32,000 bases of DNA from Thermoproteota archaeon (GTDB lineage Archaea; Asgardarchaeota; Njordarchaeia; Njordarchaeales; Panguiarchaeaceae), in NCBI GenBank assembly GCA_024720975.1, contig JANJXX010000001.1, positions 314,811-346,810 on the forward strand, in the 5' to 3' direction. A program made the translations under genes and the position numbers. Shown piece after piece: positions 7,795-16,828 of this stretch. Positions within the stretch are counted from its first letter, which is position 1; each line of letters starts with the position of its first letter. The notes beneath the pieces are model-generated. The model did not search any database. It worked only from the letters and a program-made list of their open reading frames with translations, and was not told the DNA's origin.

Positions 7795-8100
7795 TTGGTA
7801 GAGGAAAAGCAGATCCCCTTAGAGGAGGCTAAGAAACTTGTTCAAGAGGCTTTGGTCAGCACTGGCTTAGTCATTAAAACCTCTGACTATATATACGCTA
7901 TCTACGAAAAAGCACCTGACAAATGGATTAACGTTTCGATAATTCTTGACGAAAAAACTGCGTGGGTTTCCGAAGCGACTACGAAAAAAGCTATTCTTCT
8001 ACTTATTGATGAAGTTAGCAAATCTTTACCTCAATACAAAGATCAATGGAAACCTATCCTAGACGAAGCCGAGCTAGAAGATATATTATCAGAAGTCTAA
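7795..8100 (+). CDS. Small conserved-looking archaeal protein, unknown function
   Basis: 101-aa ORF starting 1 nt after the preceding stop, so probably translationally coupled. Confidence 0.6.
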   Translation: MVEEKQIPLEEAKKLVQEALVSTGLVIKTSDYIYAIYEKAPDKWINVSIILDEKTAWVSEATTKKAILLLIDEVSKSLPQYKDQWKPILDEAELEDILSEV

Positions 8101-8191
8101 TTCGATAAAGCTAGTCACACTAACTTATTATTTTTTCAGAAGAAATATTGCCAAAAATTCATAGCTTAATTAAACACGCTGGGACGATAAA

Positions 8192-9157
8192 ATGCATCAT
8201 GTTGGTTCAGACAAGACGCCAATAACTACAATTCGAGAGAAAGCGCTTTATCCGGTCGGTGAATATAAGGTTATATCAGCTGATGTTTTAATGCGATTTC
8301 TTGACACTAAAGAAACCATCGAAGAGCACCTAGCGGGTTTGATTAAAGACATCCTAAAAGAAGCACTAGAACTTTTCTCGAGGATTCCTGCTAAAGAAGG
8401 ATTAACGTTAAATATACCAATGGGGCATCGATATACTAGGTTTATATACGTAGTCGACCCGCAAACGATTTACATACCTTATCACTACCACGATCCAACC
8501 ATCTATGGAATATATCTTAGAGAAAAGAACACCTACGATGATGCAGAGGCGTTTTTAAGGCTTGCATGGAATCTATTACAGGATGATAGATTTCTTGACA
8601 GATTAAAGATTTCAGAAGTTGATCGAAGCTACATAAAAATCTTTACGAAACACCCAGTTCTAGGTCTAAGCACTCTTATAGTGCTATATATCGAGGCTTT
8701 ATACCTCCATGCACTCGCACATCATGTCGTTGAGGATGTATCAACTTTATTCGAGTTCAATAATCTAGGCGAATATTCAATTATCAAAGATTCAAAAGAA
8801 GAAGAAGCATTTTGTGAGTTTGTTATGTACAATTCGATGCATGGTGCACTTGAGCCTAATATTGCATACAAGCTCTTATGCAAAATGCGCGATATTATGA
8901 TAATACCTCCTATTGCGCTGGATGATGCAATGCGCTTTCTCAGGTCACACCGACGCGCTTTTGTAGCTGCCCTCTATATACATAAAAACAAAACTGTCTA
9001 CAAGGACTATCCATTCCTAAAACCAGCCGTAAGCGAAGAGATAGCTAAAAAGATATCTCCTTTATTTAGAAGTTTATGGTATGCTCACGTGCTTGATCAT
9101 GAACCTCTAGAAATTGATGAAAGTGTAAGCAAACGAGTCTTTACAATAAATTTATAA
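8192..9157 (+). CDS. Uncharacterised protein with a degenerate zincin-like motif (HALAHH...EEEAFCE)
   Basis: Complete 321-aa ORF; central helix IEALYLHALAHHVVEDV followed by EEEAFCEFVMY. Confidence 0.7.
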   Translation: MHHVGSDKTPITTIREKALYPVGEYKVISADVLMRFLDTKETIEEHLAGLIKDILKEALELFSRIPAKEGLTLNIPMGHRYTRFIYVVDPQTIYIPYHYHDPTIYGIYLREKNTYDDAEAFLRLAWNLLQDDRFLDRLKISEVDRSYIKIFTKHPVLGLSTLIVLYIEALYLHALAHHVVEDVSTLFEFNNLGEYSIIKDSKEEEAFCEFVMYNSMHGALEPNIAYKLLCKMRDIMIIPPIALDDAMRFLRSHRRAFVAALYIHKNKTVYKDYPFLKPAVSEEIAKKISPLFRSLWYAHVLDHEPLEIDESVSKRVFTINL

Positions 9158-9198
9158 ATCTAGCTAGTGCATTCATTTTTTATCGTATTTCTAAGAAA

Positions 9199-10257
9199 CT
9201 ACTCCTGGGTACTGGTCTCTTCTTCTAAATCTTCCTCAGCATCTCTAATGCCATCATAAGCTATTCTAAACACGACTTCGGATTCTGGAAGGTATGGACT
9301 ATCTTCTACGCGTGCGATTCTTTTATCACCTTTAGCTTTACGTAGGTGCAGCCTATGAGTTACATGATGTGCTACTATATGTCCCCCAATAGCTGACATT
9401 TGCGGACCAAAGAAAGCACCAGGATTTGCCATAACTTGATTTGTTACTACAACAGCTAAATTAAATGCCCAGGCTAGTCTAGCTAAATCGTGTATATGAA
9501 CATTAAGTTGCTGCTGACGGATGGCTAGTTGGTCTATTCCTACGTATTCGGATCTAAAAAGTGCGGTAAGGCTATCTACGATTATTAGCCTTATGTTTTC
9601 CTTCTTTATCAACTTGCGAGCAATTTTGGCAACCTCCATTTGCTGGCTAGTGGAGAATACTCTGGCTACTATTATTCTACTCAAAGCATCATCTGGATCA
9701 AGACCAAATCTCTGTGCTATGGGTATTATTCTTTCTGGCCTGAAGGTTCCTTCTGTGTCTATAAAGAGACACTTACCGTTGAGACCCCCCTTCTCCTCCG
9801 GCAGCTGCACAGTGGTTGCAAGTGTAAAGCAAATCTGTGTTTTTCCAACTCTATACTCCCCGTAAAATTCAGTTATTGCTTGTGTTTCTATACCTCCTCC
9901 CAGTAAATCATCAAGGGCTTTTGAACCTGTCGTTAACCTCTTGACATTCTTTCTGATTTGGAGCATGTCTCGAGCACTGATAAAGTCAAGCCCAACGTGT
10001 TCTCTTGCTTGTTGTACGATTTTTTCTGCCAATGCTGGCGATAACTGACACTCTACTTCGAGAATCTTCGGTGGGGTAACTGCAATTATTTCAAGATTAG
10101 TGTATCCTTGAGAAATGAGTTTTTGAGCTGTAGCTTTTCCCACACCCGCGAGAGATGTCAATATTTTCATTGCATCATCTTGCTGTTCTGGTGTTTGTTC
10201 TTTGGGGCTACTTTCTACTGGCTCCGTTTTCCTTTTCTGAGATCCTCTAGAGGACAT
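9199..10257 (-). CDS. radA: DNA repair and recombination protein RadA
   Basis: HhH N-terminus (LAGVGKATAQKLISQG), Walker A GEYRVGKTQ, IDTEGTFRPERI, LIIVDSLTALFRSEYVG, RQQQLNVHIHDLARLA, AVVVTNQVMANPGAFFG. Confidence 0.96.
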   Translation of the reverse strand: MSSRGSQKRKTEPVESSPKEQTPEQQDDAMKILTSLAGVGKATAQKLISQGYTNLEIIAVTPPKILEVECQLSPALAEKIVQQAREHVGLDFISARDMLQIRKNVKRLTTGSKALDDLLGGGIETQAITEFYGEYRVGKTQICFTLATTVQLPEEKGGLNGKCLFIDTEGTFRPERIIPIAQRFGLDPDDALSRIIVARVFSTSQQMEVAKIARKLIKKENIRLIIVDSLTALFRSEYVGIDQLAIRQQQLNVHIHDLARLAWAFNLAVVVTNQVMANPGAFFGPQMSAIGGHIVAHHVTHRLHLRKAKGDKRIARVEDSPYLPESEVVFRIAYDGIRDAEEDLEEETSTQE

Positions 10258-10416
10258 ATTTTTCGCCTATGTTTTATGTTTACTGGTGTCGCTTCACACT
10301 CTAGCACTTAATAGACCAAGCAATAATAAATACAACTTTCAGATATTAAAGTTGAACATTATAATTTGACGCAATGTAGCTTGTCTACCAATCGTGATAA
10401 CTTAAGTGGATTACAC

Positions 10417-10512
10417 ATGCTTATGCAACACTACACAGAATTCTTGGTAGCTGTATTGGCTATATCACTCCAAATATATTTTTGTGGAGCTTTTTTTAAC
10501 GGATTTCACTAA
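10417..10512 (+). CDS. Candidate small hydrophobic protein (31 aa)
   Basis: ATG-TAA sORF MLMQHYTEFLVAVLAISLQIYFCGAFFNGFH in the radA/peroxiredoxin intergenic region. Length is below the track cutoff; coding status unproven. Confidence 0.2.
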   Translation: MLMQHYTEFLVAVLAISLQIYFCGAFFNGFH

Positions 10513-10545
10513 AAAATAAGAAATAAAGAACGAAAATCAGAACCT

Positions 10546-11244
10546 TTAATCACTTATGTTCTTGAACCAATTTTTGATCCTGCTAACTTCTTCCTTGCTC
10601 ACTTTTCCTTCTTCGTAGCAGAACCACCAATCATAGCATTTGAACTTTGTGGGCCTCTCCTGCGCTTCATTTACAGTCTTTGCTGGAGGCACGATTATAG
10701 AGTCCTTGATTAGCTCATTACTAGGCCAGTTTGCTGGAAAGGCTCTTTTCAGTTCTGTGTTTAATTGAAGTATTCTTAATAGTCTTAATATCTCACTTAT
10801 GTTCCTACCCGCCTCCTGTGGATAATATAAAACAGCTCTAACAATGCCCTCTGGATCAACTATTATCACTGCCCTAACTGTACTAGTAGCACTTTGTGCG
10901 TGGAGGAATCCCAGTTTCTTAGCAACCTCGCCATTTGGATCTGAGATTATTGGGAATGGTATTTCAACACGAAGTTTTTCCTTTATCCACTCGATCCACT
11001 TTATGTGCGCAAATACAGCATCAACGCTATGCCCAAGTAGTTCCGCATTGAGTCTTCTGAATTCTTCAATTTTATTAGCGAACGCTACAAATTCCGTTGT
11101 ACACACCGGTGTAAAATCAGCGGGGTGACTAAATAGTATCAACCATTTGCCACGATAGTCATCTGGTAGTTTCTTAGCTCCATGCGTAGTTTCCACGACA
11201 ATCTCGGGAAACTTCTCTCCGATTAAGGGAATTGTACCAGGCAT
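10546..11244 (-). CDS. Peroxiredoxin (AhpC/TSA, archaeal Prx6-type)
   Basis: [15 protein letters not shown] active site, C-terminal [24 protein letters not shown]. Confidence 0.95.
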   Translation of the reverse strand: MPGTIPLIGEKFPEIVVETTHGAKKLPDDYRGKWLILFSHPADFTPVCTTEFVAFANKIEEFRRLNAELLGHSVDAVFAHIKWIEWIKEKLRVEIPFPIISDPNGEVAKKLGFLHAQSATSTVRAVIIVDPEGIVRAVLYYPQEAGRNISEILRLLRILQLNTELKRAFPANWPSNELIKDSIIVPPAKTVNEAQERPTKFKCYDWWFCYEEGKVSKEEVSRIKNWFKNISD

Positions 11245-11416
11245 ACGATCACCTCCGATAATACTGACATATTGATTATCTAACTATTCGATTTATAAAT
11301 TTAACCAATATATTAAAAATCTGATTTTTTAGGTAAATATTTCGCCGATAATACTAAGAAAAGATAATTCTAGCTTGAAGGAATTGATAGATGTCTTATG
11401 AAGAATACAGCAAATT

Positions 11417-11899
11417 TTAGAAGTACGCTTCATTTTTAATTACATCGGTTATCATAGCTGGATACACATTTATCACTCCTGGAATTTTCTTCATTTCCTC
11501 GTGAATATGCAAAAGCTCCTCTCCACTTCTAGCCCAAATTACTGCTATCAGATTATGATCCCCGGTTGTTACCGCTAAGTATTTTATATAATCCCTTTCT
11601 TTCAGGCTGTTAATAACATCAATTAGATTTTCAGGTCTAACATTTAGACCAGTGTAGCTTACCTTGGAATAGCCAATTTTTATAGGATCCACTATGGCTG
11701 TGTACCTTAGTATAACTCTATTCTCTTCTAATCTTCTTATCCTTTTTGAGATTGCTACGTCGCTCAAACCAACCTGACGCGCAATTTCAGAGCATGATAT
11801 TCTAGCATTTCTAATGAGGTCCTGAATAATCTTCTTATCTATCTCATCAATCATTTTCATCATCAAGCGTGATACTCTATGCAAATCAGTGAATTTCAC
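11417..11899 (-). CDS. Lrp/AsnC family transcriptional regulator
   Basis: IDEIDKKIIQDLIRNARISCSEIARQVGLSDVAISKRIRRLEENRVILRYTAIVDP plus RAM-like C-terminal domain. Confidence 0.93.
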   Translation of the reverse strand: MKFTDLHRVSRLMMKMIDEIDKKIIQDLIRNARISCSEIARQVGLSDVAISKRIRRLEENRVILRYTAIVDPIKIGYSKVSYTGLNVRPENLIDVINSLKERDYIKYLAVTTGDHNLIAVIWARSGEELLHIHEEMKKIPGVINVYPAMITDVIKNEAYF

Positions 11900-12259
11900 T
11901 AACAGGATAGAATAAGGATTAGTACTAATTAAGCGAACTTTTTGTACAATTTACCAGTATAACAAAGATACAAAAATAGCAAATCCTAACTACATAGACT
12001 TCAAAGAATTCCCAGCTTTTAAAGATTTAAATCGTTTTTTCAAATTTCTGAAGATCTTCAAGGAAGAAGCAAATCACATATCAGATATAAATCACATCGA
12101 GAGACTGCCCGAAGTGCTTGGAGCTCTTTATTCTTAGGCCTTTCTCTCTGTAGTTAGAATTTTTAAAGCTATAAAAGAAACGCTAGAATCGCAAGAAGTC
12201 TTTATCTTTGAACCGAAAATAACTAGTACGACGATTCATCATTAGACCGCCTGTTATTA

Positions 12260-12676
12260 CTAGATGATCTGTGTTGCTATTTTTGCCACGTTAGGAAAAC
12301 GCGTAGCGGCTTCTTTAGCTATCGGTCCCTTTACTATCGTTCCTTTTGGATTGCCTTCCTCATCTATGATAACAGCAGCATTGTCTTCAAATGCAATCCA
12401 TGTTCCATCTTTTCTTCGGTATGGCTTTTTCTGTCTGATTATAACGGCACGAAACATCTGATGTCTTACTTCTTCGGTCCCAGTTTTTACGACAATTATA
12501 ACAATGTCTCCAACTCCTGCTTTGGGTAGCCTCCTTTTCCTACCTTTATATCCAAGAACCGAAATTACTTGAGCCGTTTTCGCTCCGCTGTTATCGGCAA
12601 CTTCTATCATAGTGTTTGTGATAATACCAGCTGATGTTTTTATCCTAGGCATTTTTACAGCTTTTCTTTTCGGCAA
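12260..12676 (-). CDS. rpl14: 50S ribosomal protein L14 (uL14)
   Basis: MIEVADNSGAKTAQVISV, GVGDIVIIVVKTGT, RAVIIRQKKPYRRKDGTWIAFEDNAAVIIDEEGNPKGTIVKGPIAKE. Confidence 0.96.
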   Translation of the reverse strand: MPKRKAVKMPRIKTSAGIITNTMIEVADNSGAKTAQVISVLGYKGRKRRLPKAGVGDIVIIVVKTGTEEVRHQMFRAVIIRQKKPYRRKDGTWIAFEDNAAVIIDEEGNPKGTIVKGPIAKEAATRFPNVAKIATQII

Positions 12677-12810
12677 AGTAAAACACCAACTTTACTCCTA
12701 GTGTTGTTTGATTTATTTAGTGTTGAACTGAAATTTTGTTAATTTATTAAGGATACAATTATTGTCTATACCTCAACGATGTCTTCTGTGGTTCTGAAGG
12801 ATCATAAGTT

Positions 12811-15800
12811 GTGGTGATTTTATTGATACCAAAGAGACTTTCGCAGATAATGTTCGGAATACTATCTCCCGATGAGATAATATCGATGTCCGTTGCCTCA
12901 ATAAATACTGCTGAACTGTACAGTATAGATGGTAAACCAATGCGCGGAGGACCTCTGGATCCTAGGCTGGGTCCTGCTACAAATGAATCATGTGAAACGT
13001 GCGGCTTAAAGCGTCGGGACGGATTGTTTGGTTGTGTTGGGCATTTCGGTTATATAGACCTTGCAACACCTATATATCATCTTGCATTTGTTAAGTGGAT
13101 TCAACTGGTTTTAAACGGCATTTGCGAAAGATGCGGGCGACTAACCTTACCTAGCGATGTTCGCGAACGTTTTTGGAAGCGAATGAAAAAATTCTTCGAT
13201 CTCTATGGATATCCGCGAATAGAATTGGCTAAAAAGATTCTGACAAAGGCTGCGGAGTTAAAAGCCTGTCCCTACTGTGGACACCAGAAAAATTTTACAT
13301 TCAAGTTTGATAAGCAAATAATGACATTTGTAAAAATGACTGAGGTCACCGAGGACGAAGCAAAGACATTAGAGCCTAAGGGCGTCAAAATAACGAAGAA
13401 GATGAAAGGAGGAAAGATCCATTACTACTGTGAAAGAAGGTATGAACCAGATGAAATCCGCAGAATACTAGCGTCCATTTACAGTCAATATGAGCATCTT
13501 AACACGCCTGATGCAGAAGAAAGACGCAAGGATCTAATTTTAATGGGATTTCATCCTAGTAGGAGCCGTCCTGAGTGGGCCATTTTGACAGTGCTTCCCG
13601 TACCACCAATAACTATACGACCTCCAGCAATACCATCCTCCGGAGAGCGCCAGGAGGACAAACTAACTTTAATTTTGCGAGATATCATTCGCGAGAATAA
13701 TAGAATAAAAGACAAGCTGGAAGGCGGTCCAAGGAAGATTTTAGAGCAGTACCTTATAAGAATACACCACCTAGTTGCAACATTATTCGGACTGCGAAAG
13801 TATACTAAGATACTCAAAGAGCCAAAGGGAATATTCCATAGGTTACACGGAAAAGAAGGCCTCTTTAGGAAATACCTTAGTGGCAAGCGAGTTGACTTTA
13901 GTGCACGCGCCGTAATCTCCCCGGACACCTACATATCGATAGATGAAGTGGGAATACCACAAAAAGTTGCTATGCGCTTCTTAGTGGCGGAGGTTGTAAA
14001 TAGATATAATATCAATAGACTAAGAGAGCTTGTCAAACGCGGGCCATGGCGCTATCCTGGTGCTGTCTACATTTATAAAAGAGAAACCGATGGAACATAT
14101 ACAAAGATCAGCCTTGAAAATATAAGTCCGGAAATGATTGAACGCCATGCAAATGACCTAGCCCCTGGAGACATCGTTGAGCGCCATTTAGTTGACGGCG
14201 ATATTGTCGTTTTTAATAGACAGCCCACTTTGCATAGGATATCTATGATGGGGCACTATGTTAGAGTGCTACCTTACAACACCTTTCGAATACACGTTCA
14301 GACATGTACTCCCTACAACGCCGATTTCGATGGAGACGAAATGAATCTACACCTGGCACGCTCATATGAGACCCAGGCTGAAGTTTCTACGCTCATGGAG
14401 GTTAAAAAGCACATAATTTCTCCTAGATACGGCGGACCAATAATTGGACCAAAACATGACTATATAACCAGTGCTTTCTTAATGACTAAACCGGACACAT
14501 ATCTCGAAAAAAGTGATGTGTTTCAATTACTATACGCTGCAGGAATAACAGAACCTATACCTCCATCTAAAGTTGAAAACGGAAAAGAACTTTGGGCCGG
14601 TAAGGACATTTTCTCTGCAATAATTCCACCTGGAATATTTTACAAAGGTAAAATCAAAGGCCGCGTCCTAGGGGTTGAAAAGGACCTTTTGATAGAAATA
14701 CGCGATGGAAAGATCGTACAGGGATTCATTGATAAAAACTCCATTGGTGCCGAAAAACCCGAGAACCTTATACAGAAAATCGTAGAAAGATATAATTTTG
14801 AGGAAGCCAAGAAGTTTCTCAATAACCTCTCAGCACTTTTGCTAAGATACATAACCGACAGAGGATTCAGTATAACACTGTGGGATATCAATGTTCCCGA
14901 AAGCGCTAGAAAAGAGATTAAAACTTTGCTCGATAAGTACATGAAAGAGGCAAACGATTTAGTAAACAAATACTTGGAAGGAAAGCTTGAACCTGAACCC
15001 GGTTTAAGTCAAAGAGAAACACTTGAGGAGAAAATTATAAGATTATTTGAGGACGCTAGAGGCAAAGCTGGGGAGATTATCACTAAGCATATGCCATCAG
15101 ATAGCCAATTCATGATAATGACACTCACAGGCGCGCGCGGTGGCGATGTCAATATACAGCAGGTGCTTGCCACATTGGGTCCAATGCTCGTTAGAGGAAA
15201 GAGATTGCAAAGAGGATATAGCAACAGAACACTGTCAAGTTTCAAGAAAGGTGAAATAGGCCCCTTATCCGGAGGCATTGTCCTTAGAAGCTTCGTTGAA
15301 GGTCTTGATCCGATAGGATTCTTTTTCCACAACGCTGCTGGCCGAGATTCGCTAGTTGACACGGCAATAAGAACAGCTGACTCTGGTTACTTTTACAGAA
15401 GATTGGTTAATGCACTGCAAGACATTAGAATTGAATACGACCTAAGTGCTAGGACGATTGATGGAAAAATTATACAATTCAAATATGGCGGAGACGGAAT
15501 CCACGTTGTAAAGTCCTATCATGGTAAATTAACAGATGTGGAAGCGCTGCTTGACGAGATAATACTGAAAAGAGAGAAAGACAAGAGAGAAATTGAAGTC
15601 TATAGCAGAGAGTGGCCGAGTTATTATAATAGCCTCATAGAAAACGTACATAAAAGAATATCTAAAGCTACTGCCAAAGATTTAGAAGATGCATTAAAGA
15701 ACTTTCTCGACAAGGGAATAGTATTCTCTGAAGACGAGATTGAATACATTTTCAAGAGATTGTTAGATCGCTACATCAAGGCAATTGCTGATCCTGGAGA

Positions 15801-16824
15801 GCCTATAGGTATTGTTACAAGTCAGAGTTTAAGCGAACCAGCAACACAACTGACATTAAGAACTTTCCATTGGGCTGGCGCTGTTGCGATAACAAGGGGT
15901 CTACCGAGAATCAAAGAAATATTTGATGCTGTAAGAGTTATCAAACGACCAATAATAAGGGCGTACCTTGAAGCGGACTTCCGTGAAGATGAAAAAAAGG
16001 CATATTCAGTCTTAGCTAGGATTAAGGGTATAAGTCTGGAGGATGTCGCTACAGACATTATACTAGACGCTGAAGGCAGGAAAATCATTATAAGCTTAGA
16101 TCCAGAGAAACTTAGCAAGCATGATGTTAGCATTGATGACATAGATAAAAAGCTCCGCGTAAATAAGAAAATAGAAGTCACCACAGATAAGGAGAAGAAA
16201 CAAATCGTTATAGAATTACCTTCAGGGAAAGCACTAAGAGGGAGAGAGCCTTCACTTGGTGAACTGTACATGAAGTTACGATCATCATTGATCATCAAAG
16301 GTATTGCTGACTACACCGATGCCAAATTGACAAAGAAGAGTGGTTCCAAGGAATACTACTTAGTTATAGCATCACAGAACTTGTCTAACATATTGTGCCA
16401 AGATGGTATAGATCTATCGAGGCTTGAATGCAATAACATCCGCGAATTTGCAAAGATATATGGCATTGAAGCTGCAAGACTTCTTGCCATAAAAGAGACT
16501 CTCGATGTTCTTGACTACTACGGTTTGGACGTAGATGTCCGTCATATCTCCATGGCTGTTGATGCTCAATTCTGGCCCGGTAAGCCAACGCCTATCGGAC
16601 GCTATGGCTTAGTTCGTGCTAAACAGTCAGTACTTGCCCGCGCTTCATTCGAGGAGGTAAAGAAGCACATTATAGCTGCCGCTATAGCCGGTGAGATAGA
16701 CCCAGTAATTGGAGTAGCAGAGAGCGTAATAACAGGTCAGACTCTGCCAGTTGGAACTGGAGTTGTAAGAGTATTTTATGGATTTGGAGGCAAATCAGAT
16801 AAAACGGAAGAAGAAAGCCACTAA
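12811..16824 (+). CDS. rpoA: DNA-directed RNA polymerase subunit A, unsplit (A' and A'' in one polypeptide)
   Basis: N-terminal FGILSPDEI / GHFGYIDLA, catalytic NADFDGDEMNLHL, A''-type LTLRTFHWAG...RGLPRIKEIFDA and GLDVDVRHISMAVD, all in one 1337-aa frame. The start could be a GTG/TTG at 12811/12814/12823. Confidence 0.97.
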   Translation: MVILLIPKRLSQIMFGILSPDEIISMSVASINTAELYSIDGKPMRGGPLDPRLGPATNESCETCGLKRRDGLFGCVGHFGYIDLATPIYHLAFVKWIQLVLNGICERCGRLTLPSDVRERFWKRMKKFFDLYGYPRIELAKKILTKAAELKACPYCGHQKNFTFKFDKQIMTFVKMTEVTEDEAKTLEPKGVKITKKMKGGKIHYYCERRYEPDEIRRILASIYSQYEHLNTPDAEERRKDLILMGFHPSRSRPEWAILTVLPVPPITIRPPAIPSSGERQEDKLTLILRDIIRENNRIKDKLEGGPRKILEQYLIRIHHLVATLFGLRKYTKILKEPKGIFHRLHGKEGLFRKYLSGKRVDFSARAVISPDTYISIDEVGIPQKVAMRFLVAEVVNRYNINRLRELVKRGPWRYPGAVYIYKRETDGTYTKISLENISPEMIERHANDLAPGDIVERHLVDGDIVVFNRQPTLHRISMMGHYVRVLPYNTFRIHVQTCTPYNADFDGDEMNLHLARSYETQAEVSTLMEVKKHIISPRYGGPIIGPKHDYITSAFLMTKPDTYLEKSDVFQLLYAAGITEPIPPSKVENGKELWAGKDIFSAIIPPGIFYKGKIKGRVLGVEKDLLIEIRDGKIVQGFIDKNSIGAEKPENLIQKIVERYNFEEAKKFLNNLSALLLRYITDRGFSITLWDINVPESARKEIKTLLDKYMKEANDLVNKYLEGKLEPEPGLSQRETLEEKIIRLFEDARGKAGEIITKHMPSDSQFMIMTLTGARGGDVNIQQVLATLGPMLVRGKRLQRGYSNRTLSSFKKGEIGPLSGGIVLRSFVEGLDPIGFFFHNAAGRDSLVDTAIRTADSGYFYRRLVNALQDIRIEYDLSARTIDGKIIQFKYGGDGIHVVKSYHGKLTDVEALLDEIILKREKDKREIEVYSREWPSYYNSLIENVHKRISKATAKDLEDALKNFLDKGIVFSEDEIEYIFKRLLDRYIKAIADPGEPIGIVTSQSLSEPATQLTLRTFHWAGAVAITRGLPRIKEIFDAVRVIKRPIIRAYLEADFREDEKKAYSVLARIKGISLEDVATDIILDAEGRKIIISLDPEKLSKHDVSIDDIDKKLRVNKKIEVTTDKEKKQIVIELPSGKALRGREPSLGELYMKLRSSLIIKGIADYTDAKLTKKSGSKEYYLVIASQNLSNILCQDGIDLSRLECNNIREFAKIYGIEAARLLAIKETLDVLDYYGLDVDVRHISMAVDAQFWPGKPTPIGRYGLVRAKQSVLARASFEEVKKHIIAAAIAGEIDPVIGVAESVITGQTLPVGTGVVRVFYGFGGKSDKTEEESH

Positions 16825-16828
16825 TATT

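Noticed and set aside
11935-12155. Open plus-strand frame ending ...YIDFKEFPAFKDLNRFFKFLKIFKEEANHISDINHIERLPEVLGALYS
   Set aside because: No ATG/GTG/TTG start in frame and AT-rich composition; could be a gene relic, but not supportable.
13551-16588. Multiple minus- and plus-strand ORFs inside rpoA (e.g. 13551-13928, 14640-14969, 15009-15362, 15822-16298, 16385-16588)
   Set aside because: Shadow ORFs within the continuous, motif-supported rpoA frame.
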